From an uncultured Deinococcaceae bacterium (lineage in GTDB: Bacteria; Deinococcota; Deinococci; Deinococcales; Deinococcaceae), in contig CAXULY010000014.1 of the NCBI GenBank assembly GCA_964252075.1, positions 32,001 to 96,000 of the forward strand: a stretch of DNA of 64,000 nucleotides, in the 5' to 3' direction. Positions 42,816-52,779 of the stretch are shown piece by piece; position 1 is the first letter of the stretch, and every line of letters begins with the position of its first letter. Both the position numbers and the translations under genes were made by a program. The notes under the pieces are model-generated. The model saw only the letters and a list, made by a program, of their open reading frames with translations. It searched no databases and was not told the origin of the DNA.

Positions 42816-43556
42816 ATGCGGCGCGCCCGGAGGCTCAGGCGGCTGGCGGCGGCGCTGCTGGCCCTGGCCCTGCTGCCGTCCGGCGTGGCGCCAACCGCCC
42901 GCACCGACGCGGACCGGGACGGCTACCCGGACGCGCTGCAACTGGTAGGCCAGGACCGCGCGCGCTTCGCGGACTGGTTCGCCAGCGTGGCCGCGAGTCA
43001 GTTCTACGGCATGTCGGCCGACTGGCGCCCGGAGAGCCGCGACTGCTCGGGGCTGGTGCGGTACGCCTTCGCGAACGCCCTGATGCGGCACGACGCGGCG
43101 TGGTTCCGGAAGTTCACGTACCTGCCGCGCCCGCAGTTGCCCTCGGTGGTGGCCTACCGTTATCCGCTCCCGATCCTGGGGAAGTTCGTGTTCCGCGTGG
43201 CGCCCGGCGCCTTCGCGCCGGACGACATTCAGGCCGGGCGGTTCGTGGGCCGCACGACCGTGCAGTACCTCGCGAATTACTCCTCGGTGCGCGTCACGCG
43301 GGACGTCACTCAGGCGCGGCGTGGCGACCTGCTGATCTTCCTGCGGCCGGATCTGGGCAGTTACCACAGCATGATTTACCTGGGGGACGGCCGCGTGGTG
43401 TACCACACCGGCGCCCGCCCCGAAGAGGGCGGCGAGGTGCGCCTCGTGACGCTCGCGACCCTGATGCGCCACCGCAATCCTGACTTCCACCCCATCCCCG
43501 GAAACCCGAATTTTCTGGGCGTGTACCGCTTCAAGATCCTGGTCGGTGGTCGGTAA
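42816..43556 (+). CDS. DUF1175 (YfaT-like) NlpC/P60-type exported protein
   Basis: RDCSGLVRYA, ARRGDLLIF, HSMIY, VVYHTG and NPNFLGVYR motifs; directly upstream of the alpha-2-macroglobulin. Confidence 0.85.
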   Translation: MRRARRLRRLAAALLALALLPSGVAPTARTDADRDGYPDALQLVGQDRARFADWFASVAASQFYGMSADWRPESRDCSGLVRYAFANALMRHDAAWFRKFTYLPRPQLPSVVAYRYPLPILGKFVFRVAPGAFAPDDIQAGRFVGRTTVQYLANYSSVRVTRDVTQARRGDLLIFLRPDLGSYHSMIYLGDGRVVYHTGARPEEGGEVRLVTLATLMRHRNPDFHPIPGNPNFLGVYRFKILVGGR

Positions 43557-43704
43557 GCGCGGGCCGGGTTGATCGGGAAGGCCCGCCGGGCGCGGCGTCA
43601 TGGGCGCCCCCACTGTTGATGCCCGGCGCCACGTCCGCGCCTATAAGCTGAAGGGCAGGACCGACAGGTGGGGCGCGCGGGACCGCGCCGTCAAGGAGGC
43701 GAAC

Positions 43705-46700
43705 GTGGAGCACGCGGGCAGGTACAGGCGCTTCTGGCTGGGCGTGGGGTTGGCGGGACTGCTGCTGTCGGGCCTCGCGCCGGCGCAGCGCGGCACCGCG
43801 GTGTACGGCGGGGTCTTTCGCAGCGCGCAGCGCGTCTCGATGAGCGTGGACGCCCCGAAGGGCGCGGTGTTCACCCTCGCGCGGATCGCGGATCCGCAGG
43901 CGGTCCTGCTGCATTCCCGCGACCCGCACCGCCCCACGCTGCCGCCCAGCGCGCGCACCCAGGTGCTGCGGACGCTGCGCAGCACCGGCGAGGGCGGTTA
44001 TCAGGACCTGGACCTGGGGCGCCTCCCGAGTGGCGTGTACCTGCTGAGCAGTGGTGGCGTGGGCGCGGTGGTGCTGGTGAGTGACCTGGGCCTGGTGGTC
44101 AAGCGTGACGCGTCCAGCGTCCTGACCTACACCGCGGACCGTGACAGCGGCCGCACCCGCCCCGCGAAGGTCTGGGCGCTGGGGGGCGGTGGCGCGCCCG
44201 TGACCGCCAGCGCGGACGGCGTGGCGCGCTTCCAGCGGCCCGCCCAGGAGAACGAATATTACGTCGCGCGCGTCGGGAACGACTGGGCGGTGTCCGGCGC
44301 GGGCTGGAACGCGTACGCCGCGCCGCTGGTGCGCGGCGCCGTGTACCCGGACCGGCCCGTCTACCGCCCCGGGCAGCACGTGGCGTTCAAGGCGGTGCTG
44401 CGCCGCGCGGGCAGCCTCGCGCCGCTCGCGAACACGGCGGTGCGCGTGCGGGTGCTCTCTCCGTACGACGAGGAGGTGTTCCGCAAGTCGCTGACCACCA
44501 CGGCGTACGGGTCGCTCTCGGCGGGCCTGGACCTGCCGCCCGGCGCGAAGCTCGGCGACTACACCTTTGATGTCGCGCCGGCCGGCGCGGACGGGGACGG
44601 GCAGGCGAACGTCTCGGGCCGCTTCACGGTGGAGGCGTACCAGAAGCCGGAGTACCAGGTGGCGCTCACGCCCGACCGGACGCGCGCGGTGCAGGGCGAA
44701 CGCGCGCGCATTCACGTGTCGGCGCGCTACCTGTTCGGCGGCGCCCTGTCGGGCGCACGCGTGAAGTACAACGTGACGCGCGCGCCCTACTATGCGCCCG
44801 GCTTCGACGAGGACAGCGGCTCACCGGACGATGACGGCTCCGATTACGGCGCGGACCTGGTGGTGCAGGAGGACACCCGCCTGAACGCGGCGGGCGACCT
44901 GGACCTCACGCTGCCGCTCGACCGTGACGCCGAGGGACGGCCGGTCAGTTACCGGGTGGAGGCGGAGGTGCAGGACGAGTCGCGCCGCACGGTGAGCGCC
45001 CAGGCGCGCGTGATCGCCTTTCCCGCCAGCCTGAACGTGCAGGCCGACACCGACGGGTACGTGTACGACGCGGGCTCGCCCATCGCGGTGCAGGTGGACA
45101 CCCGCGACCTGCAGGACCGGGGCCGCGCCGCGGCCGTCACGCTGGACCTCGTGCGCCAGCGGTACGTTCAGGACCGCGCGGGGCAGTGGAAGCTCGTGGA
45201 GACGCGCGAGGCGCGCGCGCCGGTGCGCACGGACCCGCAGGGCCACGCGCGGGCGCGCCTGCGGGCGAACCACGGCGGCGGGTACCTGCTGCGCGCCACC
45301 GTCACGGACGCGCGGGGCCGCCGCAGCACCGCCGAGAACTTCGTGTGGGTGCTGCGCGCGGGCGACACCTGGAGCTGGCCGTACCGCGACCTGAGCGTGC
45401 GGCTGGACCGCAGGCGCTACGCCCCTGGCGACACCGCCACCGCGCTGATCGGCAACCCGCACCCCGGCGCGCCGGTGCTGCTCACGCTGGAGGGTGACCG
45501 CCTGCGCCGGGCGGTGGTGCTGCGCGGCCCGCAGGCGGCCCTGACGTACCGCTTTCAGGTCACGGCGGACATGAGCCCCAACGTGTTCGTGTCGGCCGCC
45601 GCGCTGGCGGACGGCAACATCTACAGCAGCGAGGCGCGCGTGACGGTGCCGCGCGCGGGCGCGGCCCTGAACGTGCAGGTCACGCCGGACCGCGCCCGCT
45701 ACGCGCCCGGCGACCACGGCACGCTGGCGGTGCAGGTCACGGACGCGCGCGGGCGCGGCGTGCCGGCTGAACTCGCGCTGAGCGTGGTGGACCAGGCCAT
45801 TTACCTCGTGAAGGCGGACGACGCCACGCCCCTCACCGGGGTCTTCGACGCGCCGCGCGACAACGCGGTCGGCACGCGGTCCAGCGTGGACTTCAGCTTT
45901 GAGGCGGGGCCGGTGGCGGCCGCGCCGCGCGCCGCGATGAGCGACGCGGCCTTCGCGCAGGGCAAGGGCGAGGCGCCCGCGCCCGCCGCGGCCCCGGACG
46001 CCCCCCCGCGCAGCGACTTCCGGGACACCATCGTGTGGCTGCCGCACCTGATGACCGACGCGCAGGGCCGCGCGCGCGTGCCCGTGCGATTCCCGGACAA
46101 CCTCACCACCTGGGTGGCCACCGCCCGCGCGCAGACCCTCAGCCCGCGCTTCGGGCAGGGCGGCGCCCGCACCGTGGTCAGCAAGGACGTGGTGGCGCGC
46201 CTGAGCGCGCCGCCGTTCCTGGTGCGCGGCGACCGCGTGACGCTGTCCGGCGTGGTGAACAACACCCTGCCGACGGGCGTGCAGGGCGCGGCCACCGCGC
46301 GCCTCACGGGCCTCAGCGCGCTGGGCGGGGCGGCCCTCACCGCCCGCGGCGCGCCCCTCAAGGTGGCCGGCCAGGGCCGCGAGCGCTTCGACTTCACGGC
46401 GCGCGCCGATCAGGTGGGGACGGCCCAGCTGACCTTCGGTGCGCGCACGGCGGGGGGCAGCGACGCCCTGAAGCTGCCATTGCCGGTCAAGGCGCGCGGC
46501 TACGCCGTGAGCCGCGCCGCGGTGGGCGGCCCGGACAGCGCCCTGACGCTGAACGTGCCGCAGGACGCCAACCGCGCCACGCTGCACCTCGACCTGGACC
46601 TCACGCCGTCCCTGCTCTCGGCAGTCAGTCCCGCCCTGGAGTACCTCGCGGGGTACCCGTACGGCTGCACCGAGCAGACCATGAGCCGCTTCCTGCCCGC

Positions 46701-48141
46701 CCTGCTGGCCCGCCAGGCGCTGGGCACCGCGGCTCTCCCGGCGTCCCTCAGGGCGCAGCTGCCGGACATCACGGCGGCCGGCCTGGCGCGGCTGGCCCTC
46801 TTTCAGCACGAGGACGGCGGCTGGAACTTCTGGCAGTGGGACGACAGCACCCTGGAAATGACCGCCTACGTGGTCGAGGGCCTGCTGCGCGCCCGGCAGG
46901 CGGGCCTCAAGGTGGACAACGCCATGCTGGACCACGCCCTGCAGTACCTCGCGCGCCACGTGAACGCGCCGGAGGCGCCGCAGGCGGAGCGCGCCCGCGC
47001 GCACCGGGTGCTCGCGCAGGCAGGACGCGCCCGCGCCGCGGACGTGATGGCCTTCGCGCGGCGCCCGGACCTGCAGCCGTACGCACTCGCGGAACTGGCC
47101 CTGGCCCTGCAGCGGCTCGGGCGCGCCGACGCCGCCCAGGACCTGCTGGACCGCCTGCTGGCCCGGCGCATCGCCGGTGAGGGCGGCGCGCGCGTGCACT
47201 GGGAGAAGCCCGGCACGCCGGACTGGTGGGACGCCTGGGACGACAACAGCGTCCAGGTGACGGCCGCGGCCCTGGAGGCGCTGAACGCCCTGCGGCCCCA
47301 GAGTCCCGCGATTCCCGCCGTGACGCAGTGGCTGCTGGCGCAGCGGCGCGGCCCGCAATGGGTGAGCACCCAGGACACCACCAGCGTCATCATCGCGGCG
47401 CTGGCCGGCCAGCGCCCCGTGGCGGCGCCCGCCCGCGTGACGGTGAAGCTCGACGGGCGGGAAGCGGGCCGCGCCCAGCTGGGCGCGGACGGCCGGGCCG
47501 CTCACCTCGACCTCCCGGTGGAGCGCCTCACGCCCGGCGCGCACACCCTGACGCTCGCGGGCGCGCGGAAGGGCCTCAGTGCGGCGGCGCACCTCACGTA
47601 CGACCGCGAGCCCAGCACGCTCTCCGGCGACGCGACGCGCGGCCTGCGCCTCACCCGCACGTACGAGCGCCTCACGGCCCACTGGGACGCGGAAGGGCAG
47701 CGCTACACCTACACCCGCGCGCCCCTCCTGCACGGCGGGCAGCTGCAGGCGGTGACGGTGGGCGACCTGATCCTCGTGACGCTCAGCGTGCAGCCCACCC
47801 GCCACACGGCACGCTACCTGCTGCTGAGCGACCCGATCCCCGCGGGCACGCGCGCCCTAGACGACCGCGCCCTCAGCATCGCGGGCCTGAACGACGGCGA
47901 CGACGACGACGACTGGGAGGACAGCTGGGGTTTCTGGTACGCCGGGCGCGACCTGCAGGACGACCGAGTGGACCTGTACGCCGACGTGCTGGAGGGCCGC
48001 CAGGAACTCACGTACGTGCTGCGCGCCGAGACGCCCGGCACCTTCACCGCCCTGCCCAGCCACGCCTTCCTGATGTACGACCCGGACGTGGAGGGGTACG
48101 GCCCCGCCGCCACCCTCACGGTGCGTGACCGCCAGCCGTGA
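43705..48141 (+). CDS. Bacterial alpha-2-macroglobulin with intact thioester motif
   Basis: DRPVYRPGQ, VEAYQKPEY, RSDFRDT, FPDNLTTW, YPYGCTEQ (CTEQ at 46666-77), WVSTQDT and YVLRAETPGTF motifs; AAGGAGG RBS before GTG. Confidence 0.95.
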   Translation: MEHAGRYRRFWLGVGLAGLLLSGLAPAQRGTAVYGGVFRSAQRVSMSVDAPKGAVFTLARIADPQAVLLHSRDPHRPTLPPSARTQVLRTLRSTGEGGYQDLDLGRLPSGVYLLSSGGVGAVVLVSDLGLVVKRDASSVLTYTADRDSGRTRPAKVWALGGGGAPVTASADGVARFQRPAQENEYYVARVGNDWAVSGAGWNAYAAPLVRGAVYPDRPVYRPGQHVAFKAVLRRAGSLAPLANTAVRVRVLSPYDEEVFRKSLTTTAYGSLSAGLDLPPGAKLGDYTFDVAPAGADGDGQANVSGRFTVEAYQKPEYQVALTPDRTRAVQGERARIHVSARYLFGGALSGARVKYNVTRAPYYAPGFDEDSGSPDDDGSDYGADLVVQEDTRLNAAGDLDLTLPLDRDAEGRPVSYRVEAEVQDESRRTVSAQARVIAFPASLNVQADTDGYVYDAGSPIAVQVDTRDLQDRGRAAAVTLDLVRQRYVQDRAGQWKLVETREARAPVRTDPQGHARARLRANHGGGYLLRATVTDARGRRSTAENFVWVLRAGDTWSWPYRDLSVRLDRRRYAPGDTATALIGNPHPGAPVLLTLEGDRLRRAVVLRGPQAALTYRFQVTADMSPNVFVSAAALADGNIYSSEARVTVPRAGAALNVQVTPDRARYAPGDHGTLAVQVTDARGRGVPAELALSVVDQAIYLVKADDATPLTGVFDAPRDNAVGTRSSVDFSFEAGPVAAAPRAAMSDAAFAQGKGEAPAPAAAPDAPPRSDFRDTIVWLPHLMTDAQGRARVPVRFPDNLTTWVATARAQTLSPRFGQGGARTVVSKDVVARLSAPPFLVRGDRVTLSGVVNNTLPTGVQGAATARLTGLSALGGAALTARGAPLKVAGQGRERFDFTARADQVGTAQLTFGARTAGGSDALKLPLPVKARGYAVSRAAVGGPDSALTLNVPQDANRATLHLDLDLTPSLLSAVSPALEYLAGYPYGCTEQTMSRFLPALLARQALGTAALPASLRAQLPDITAAGLARLALFQHEDGGWNFWQWDDSTLEMTAYVVEGLLRARQAGLKVDNAMLDHALQYLARHVNAPEAPQAERARAHRVLAQAGRARAADVMAFARRPDLQPYALAELALALQRLGRADAAQDLLDRLLARRIAGEGGARVHWEKPGTPDWWDAWDDNSVQVTAAALEALNALRPQSPAIPAVTQWLLAQRRGPQWVSTQDTTSVIIAALAGQRPVAAPARVTVKLDGREAGRAQLGADGRAAHLDLPVERLTPGAHTLTLAGARKGLSAAAHLTYDREPSTLSGDATRGLRLTRTYERLTAHWDAEGQRYTYTRAPLLHGGQLQAVTVGDLILVTLSVQPTRHTARYLLLSDPIPAGTRALDDRALSIAGLNDGDDDDDWEDSWGFWYAGRDLQDDRVDLYADVLEGRQELTYVLRAETPGTFTALPSHAFLMYDPDVEGYGPAATLTVRDRQP

Positions 48142-48737
48142 GGCGCCGCGCGTGGGCGCTCGCGGCCCTGATGCTGTGGACAGGAGCCAGCGCCCACTCC
48201 GCCCGGCACGGGCGCCTGACGGTGCAGTACGCGGACCCGCGCGACCGTGGCCAGCTGGGCACCGTATTCCGGGCGTTCGACGCGGCGGTTGCCGACCTGC
48301 GCGCCCTGCACCTGCCGCTCCCAGCGTCGGTGCATGTGGTGGCGGCGGCGAACGCGGCGGACTTCACGGCGCGCACGGGCGAACCCGCCGGAATTGCGGC
48401 CAGCACCCTCCACCGCACCATCCGCACGCAACGGCTCACGGCGCTCGCGGCGCGCGGCCTGCTGCCCGTCACCATCCGCCACGAGACCTTCCACGCCGCG
48501 CAGCCGGAGGGCGTCGCGCGCTGGCGCGCCGAGGGCCTCGCCCGCACCTTCAGTGGCGAGTCGGCGCGCGACCCGGACGGACCGACGGGGCTGGAATCGC
48601 TGCCGGAGCGCGCGCTTGACGCCGCCCTGCAGGGCCGCGACCCGGCCCGCCTCGCCGCGGCGTACCGTGAGGCGAGCCGCCGCGTCGGGCGCCTGCTGCG
48701 CACGCGAAGCTGGTCGGCGGTGATGCAGGGCCGGTAA
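48138..48737 (+). CDS. Secreted peptidase-MA-like (HExxH) protein
   Basis: Signal peptide; RHETFH...WRAEGLA gluzincin-like pattern; GTGA overlap with the macroglobulin stop. Confidence 0.7.
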   Translation: MRRRAWALAALMLWTGASAHSARHGRLTVQYADPRDRGQLGTVFRAFDAAVADLRALHLPLPASVHVVAAANAADFTARTGEPAGIAASTLHRTIRTQRLTALAARGLLPVTIRHETFHAAQPEGVARWRAEGLARTFSGESARDPDGPTGLESLPERALDAALQGRDPARLAAAYREASRRVGRLLRTRSWSAVMQGR

Positions 48738-49222
48738 GTCGTGAGGCCGCGCCCCAGACCCCAGGGTCTCGGATGCCCTCACGCAAATTTCTGAAGCCGG
48801 CCCGCCGGGATTGGGGAACGCGTTTGCGTTGGGTGGGGCTGGACCACCATCCACGGCGACACAGTCCGGACGGAGCGGTGCCTGGACTGGCCCCGCCCGA
48901 ATGACGGCACGCGTGTGCCATCAGGGTGCTTGACGGTTGTACAGGCTGTTGCTGCCCATGAAAGAGTTCGTGATGCACTCCGCCGCGTGATGATCCCCCG
49001 CGCGTCTGCCACCCCCAGCAGGACGTGTGGGGTCCGGGGGTGGCTGGAGGGACCTATCCACTGCTCCCATGAAAGTGAGGGGCGGTGCCAACTCACTAGG
49101 TGGGAACGGCGGTAAGTGGGCCAGTCCCAGCCCCCTCGTGTTCCGCTCAAGCACCGAAAACCCCGTTCTTCCAAGAAAAGTACTCCTGTTTTCCAGGGTT
49201 TGGTGCGAGGAATTTACTCTTA

Positions 49223-49260
49223 TTGACGCGCGGGTGAATTCAAGTTACGCTTCGATTCAC
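49223..49260 (+). promoter_or_regulatory. Sigma70-type promoter TTGACG-N17-TACGCT overlapped by a GTGAAT...ATTCAC inverted repeat
   Basis: Canonical spacing, about 230 nt upstream of the ABC operon. Confidence 0.55.
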
Positions 49261-49480
49261 ACAAGCATTCAGCGCCGGAATCACCGGTGGCTCCTGTCCT
49301 CCTGCACCCGGAGGGAACCGTGCACACCCCAGCTCGCGTAGGCCGTCAACGCGTCCGTCCCGCTGCCCGACACCCCGCCGTCCAGCCTCGCGGCGGTGGT
49401 CCTTTGGCCCGCTGCACCGGCGCGCCGCCACCCGCTCACGCATCACTTCGGACCGTCCCCACCCCGCACCGGAGGCTCCC

Positions 49481-50986
49481 ATGACGCGCGTTCACGCCCT
49501 GCTGCTCACCGCCGCCCTCGTTTCGGCCCCCGCCGCGCTCGCGCAGAGCGGCACCCTCACCATCGCCACCGCGCAGGACCCGCAGAACTGGGACCCCATC
49601 GACACCTTCCTGGTCGCCTGGGGCACCGTCGCCCACAACATGTACGACGGCCTGATCGTCCGCGGTGCGGACCTCAAACTCCAGCCGGGCCTCGCGACGA
49701 AATGGACGTACCTCAACCCCACCACCCTGCGCTTCACGCTCCGCCAGGGCGTCAAGTTCCATGACGGTGAGCCCTTCAACGCCGCCGCCGTGAAGTTCAC
49801 CTTCGACCGCCTGCTCGGCCCGGAAGGCAAGAAGGGACCGCAGCAGGCGAACTACAGCAGCATCAAGTCCGTGAAGGTCGTCAACGCCACCACCGTGGAT
49901 TTCATCCTCTCGCAGGCGGACCCGGTGCTCCTCACGAAACTCGCCGGTTACGGCGCCATGATCGTCCCCCCGAAGTACATCAAGGACAAGGGCGACGCGT
50001 ACTTCAACACCCACCCGGTCGGCACGGGTCCCTTCAAGTTCGTGTCGTACAAGCCCGGCGAATCCATTCGCCTCGCGGCCAACCCGGGGTACTGGGGCGG
50101 CGCGCCGAAACTCGCGAACGTCACGTACCGCTTCATTGAGGAACCCGCGACGCGCGTCGCGGAACTGCAGGCGGGCCGCGTGGACATCGCGACGGCCATC
50201 CCGGTCGCGCAGGCGAGCACCGTGAAAGGCAACAGCAACCTCACCCTGCAGGCGGTCCCCAGCCCCACCGTGCAGGCGCTGCGCCTGAACGTCGCGCACA
50301 CCCCCACCACGGACCTGCGCGTGCGCCAGGCGCTGAATTACGCGATTGACCGGGACGCCATCATCAAGTCCATCCTGCAGGGCTACGCGAGTCCCATCGC
50401 GTCCATGCAGTCCTCGAAGTCCTTCGGGTACGACGCGAACCTGAAACCCTACCCCTACGACCCCGCGAAGGCGAAGTCGCTGCTCGCTGCGGCGGGCGTG
50501 AAGCCCGGCACGACCATCGGCATTGATTTCATCGGCACGGACGCCGTGTTCCGCGAGGTGGCGCAGGCCGTCGCGGGGTACCTGCAGGTGGTGGGCCTGA
50601 AGGCGGACCTGAAGACCTACGAAACCAACACCTTCTACAGCGACATCATCCCCAAGAACAAGACCAGCAACGCCTACCAGATGGGGTGGGGCGGCTGGAC
50701 CTTCGACTTCGACAACACCGCCTACCTGCTCTACCACAGCGGGCAGTTCTGGAACGCCGACTACAAGAGCCCGCAGCTGGACGCCCTGCTGGACAAGCAG
50801 CACAAGCTGAGCGACCAGCAGCAGCGCCTCGGCATCCTGCGCAGCATCGCGAAGTACGCGCACGATCAGGCGATTGACGTGCCGCTGTACAACCAGCAGG
50901 ACCTGTGGGGCGTCAGCAAGCGCGTGCAGCACTTCACAGCGCCCAGCGACAGCCTGCTGCACCTGCAGAACGTCAGCGTGAAGTGA
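49481..50986 (+). CDS. ABC transporter substrate-binding protein, family 5 (peptide/nickel)
   Basis: Signal peptide; PGLAT.W, FTLRQGVKFHDG, PVGTGPF and VRQALNYAIDR motifs. Confidence 0.95.
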   Translation: MTRVHALLLTAALVSAPAALAQSGTLTIATAQDPQNWDPIDTFLVAWGTVAHNMYDGLIVRGADLKLQPGLATKWTYLNPTTLRFTLRQGVKFHDGEPFNAAAVKFTFDRLLGPEGKKGPQQANYSSIKSVKVVNATTVDFILSQADPVLLTKLAGYGAMIVPPKYIKDKGDAYFNTHPVGTGPFKFVSYKPGESIRLAANPGYWGGAPKLANVTYRFIEEPATRVAELQAGRVDIATAIPVAQASTVKGNSNLTLQAVPSPTVQALRLNVAHTPTTDLRVRQALNYAIDRDAIIKSILQGYASPIASMQSSKSFGYDANLKPYPYDPAKAKSLLAAAGVKPGTTIGIDFIGTDAVFREVAQAVAGYLQVVGLKADLKTYETNTFYSDIIPKNKTSNAYQMGWGGWTFDFDNTAYLLYHSGQFWNADYKSPQLDALLDKQHKLSDQQQRLGILRSIAKYAHDQAIDVPLYNQQDLWGVSKRVQHFTAPSDSLLHLQNVSVK

Positions 50987-50993
50987 CGCGCGC

Positions 50994-51917
50994 ATGGCCC
51001 GCTACCTCATCTCCCAGCTGCTGCAGGCGGTGCTGGTCGTGGTGTTCGTCACGCTGGTCGTCGCGGTGATGCTGCGCTTCTCCGGCGACCCGGCGGTCGC
51101 GCAGTTCCAGGGCGCGTCCGCGCCGACGGCGGAGCAGCTGCGCGACATCCGCCGCGCGCTGGGCCTCGACCAGCCGTTCCTGGTGCAGTACGGGCACTTC
51201 CTGGGCGGCGTCCTCACCGGGAACTTCGGCACGAGTTTCCGCGGCGCGGTGCCGGTCGGCGCGCTCATCCGTCAGGCCCTCCCGCCGACGCTGCTGCTCG
51301 CACTGTGCTCCCTGCTGATCTGCCTCGCCATCTCGCTGCCGCTCGGCGTGTTCGCCGCGGTGCGGCGCGGACGCCTCGCGGACCAGCTGATCCGCGTGCT
51401 GTCCCTGCTGGGGCTGTCCTTCCCGAACTTCTGGCTGGGCATCATGCTGGTGCTGGTCTTCGGCGTGCTGCTGCGCTGGCTGCCGCCGTCGGGCTTCGAG
51501 AACGCCGCGTCCATCGTGCTGCCCAGCGTCACGCTCGGCCTGATCCTCACCGCCACCACCGTGCGCCTGCTGCGCGCCTCCCTGCTGGACGTGCTGAGCA
51601 GCCAGTACGTGGCGGTCGCGCGCAGCAAGGGCCTCTCCGAGCGGCGCGTGCTGTACAAGCACGCGCTGCGCAACACCGCCATTCCCGTCATCACCTTCAT
51701 CGGCCTGCAGTTCGGCGGGCTGATCGGTGGGGTGGTGGTGGTGGAGCAGGTGTTCGCGTGGCCGGGCCTGGGCTCGCTGGCGCTGCAGGCCATCTCGAAC
51801 CGCGATTACCCGGTGCTGCAGGGCACCGTGACGGTCCTCGCGATGTTCGTGGTGCTGGTGAACCTGCTGGTGGACCTCTCCTACGGGCTGTTCGACCCGC
51901 GCGTGCGGATGGACTGA
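50994..51917 (+). CDS. Peptide ABC transporter permease (DppB/OppB-like)
   Basis: GLDQP, PNFWLG, ARSKGL..RRVLYKHALRN, FAWPGLG and DPRVR motifs. Confidence 0.95.
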   Translation: MARYLISQLLQAVLVVVFVTLVVAVMLRFSGDPAVAQFQGASAPTAEQLRDIRRALGLDQPFLVQYGHFLGGVLTGNFGTSFRGAVPVGALIRQALPPTLLLALCSLLICLAISLPLGVFAAVRRGRLADQLIRVLSLLGLSFPNFWLGIMLVLVFGVLLRWLPPSGFENAASIVLPSVTLGLILTATTVRLLRASLLDVLSSQYVAVARSKGLSERRVLYKHALRNTAIPVITFIGLQFGGLIGGVVVVEQVFAWPGLGSLALQAISNRDYPVLQGTVTVLAMFVVLVNLLVDLSYGLFDPRVRMD

Positions 51918-51918
51918 C

Positions 51919-52779
51919 ATGACCACCCCACCCGCGACCGCCACACCGCCGCGCCGCCGCGCCCGCTGGGCGCCGGACCTCGTGCTGGGCGTGCTGCTCT
52001 CCGGCGGGATGCTGCTGCTCGTCGTGTTCGCGGGCGTGCTGTTTCCCGCGGGCACCGACGCGATGGACCTCGCCGCGCGCCTGCAGCCGCCGCACGTGCC
52101 GTCCGCGCACCCTTTCGGCACGGACCCCATCGGGCGCGACGTGCTCGCGCGCGTCGTGTTCGGCGGCCGCATCTCCCTGACGGTCGGGCTCGTGTCCGTC
52201 GCGCTGTCCGTGCTGATCGGCACGCTGCTCGGCCTGATCGCGGGGTACTACCGGGCGGCGGTCGGCGCGGTCCTGATGCGCCTCGCGGACGTGCAGCTCG
52301 CCTTTCCGTTCATCCTGCTGGCCATCACGGTGATCGCCATCGTCGGCCCCGGCCTGTGGAAACTGATCGCCGTGATGGTGGTGTCGCAGTGGGCGCAGTA
52401 CGCGCGCCTCGTGCGCGGTCAGGTGCTGGCCCTGCGCGAGCGGGAGTTCGTGCAGGCCGCGCAGGCGCTCGGCGCGAACGGCAACCGCACGATGTTCCGC
52501 CACATCATCCCGAACGCCATCGGGCCCATCGTGGTCCTCGCGACGCTGAACGTCGCGAACAACATCCTGCTGGAGTCGGGCCTGACCTTCCTGGGGCTGG
52601 GCGTGGACCCGCAGGTGCCGTCCTGGGGCGGCATGCTCGCGGACGGGCGCACGTACCTGCAGACCGCGTGGTGGGTGTCGGTGTTCCCCGGCGTCGCCAT
52701 CACCGTCACGGTGCTGGGCTTCAACCTGCTCGGCGACTGGCTGCGGGACCGCCTCGACCCGCACGGGAGGCGCGCATGA
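51919..52779 (+). CDS. Peptide ABC transporter permease (DppC/OppC-like)
   Basis: HPFGTDPIGRDV, EFVQAAQALGA, FLGLG..PSWG and NLLGDWLRD motifs. Confidence 0.95.
   Translation: MTTPPATATPPRRRARWAPDLVLGVLLSGGMLLLVVFAGVLFPAGTDAMDLAARLQPPHVPSAHPFGTDPIGRDVLARVVFGGRISLTVGLVSVALSVLIGTLLGLIAGYYRAAVGAVLMRLADVQLAFPFILLAITVIAIVGPGLWKLIAVMVVSQWAQYARLVRGQVLALREREFVQAAQALGANGNRTMFRHIIPNAIGPIVVLATLNVANNILLESGLTFLGLGVDPQVPSWGGMLADGRTYLQTAWWVSVFPGVAITVTVLGFNLLGDWLRDRLDPHGRRA

Noticed and set aside
49255..49480. Known riboswitch in the ABC operon leader
   Set aside because: No TPP, SAM, cobalamin, glycine or lysine consensus recognisable by eye.
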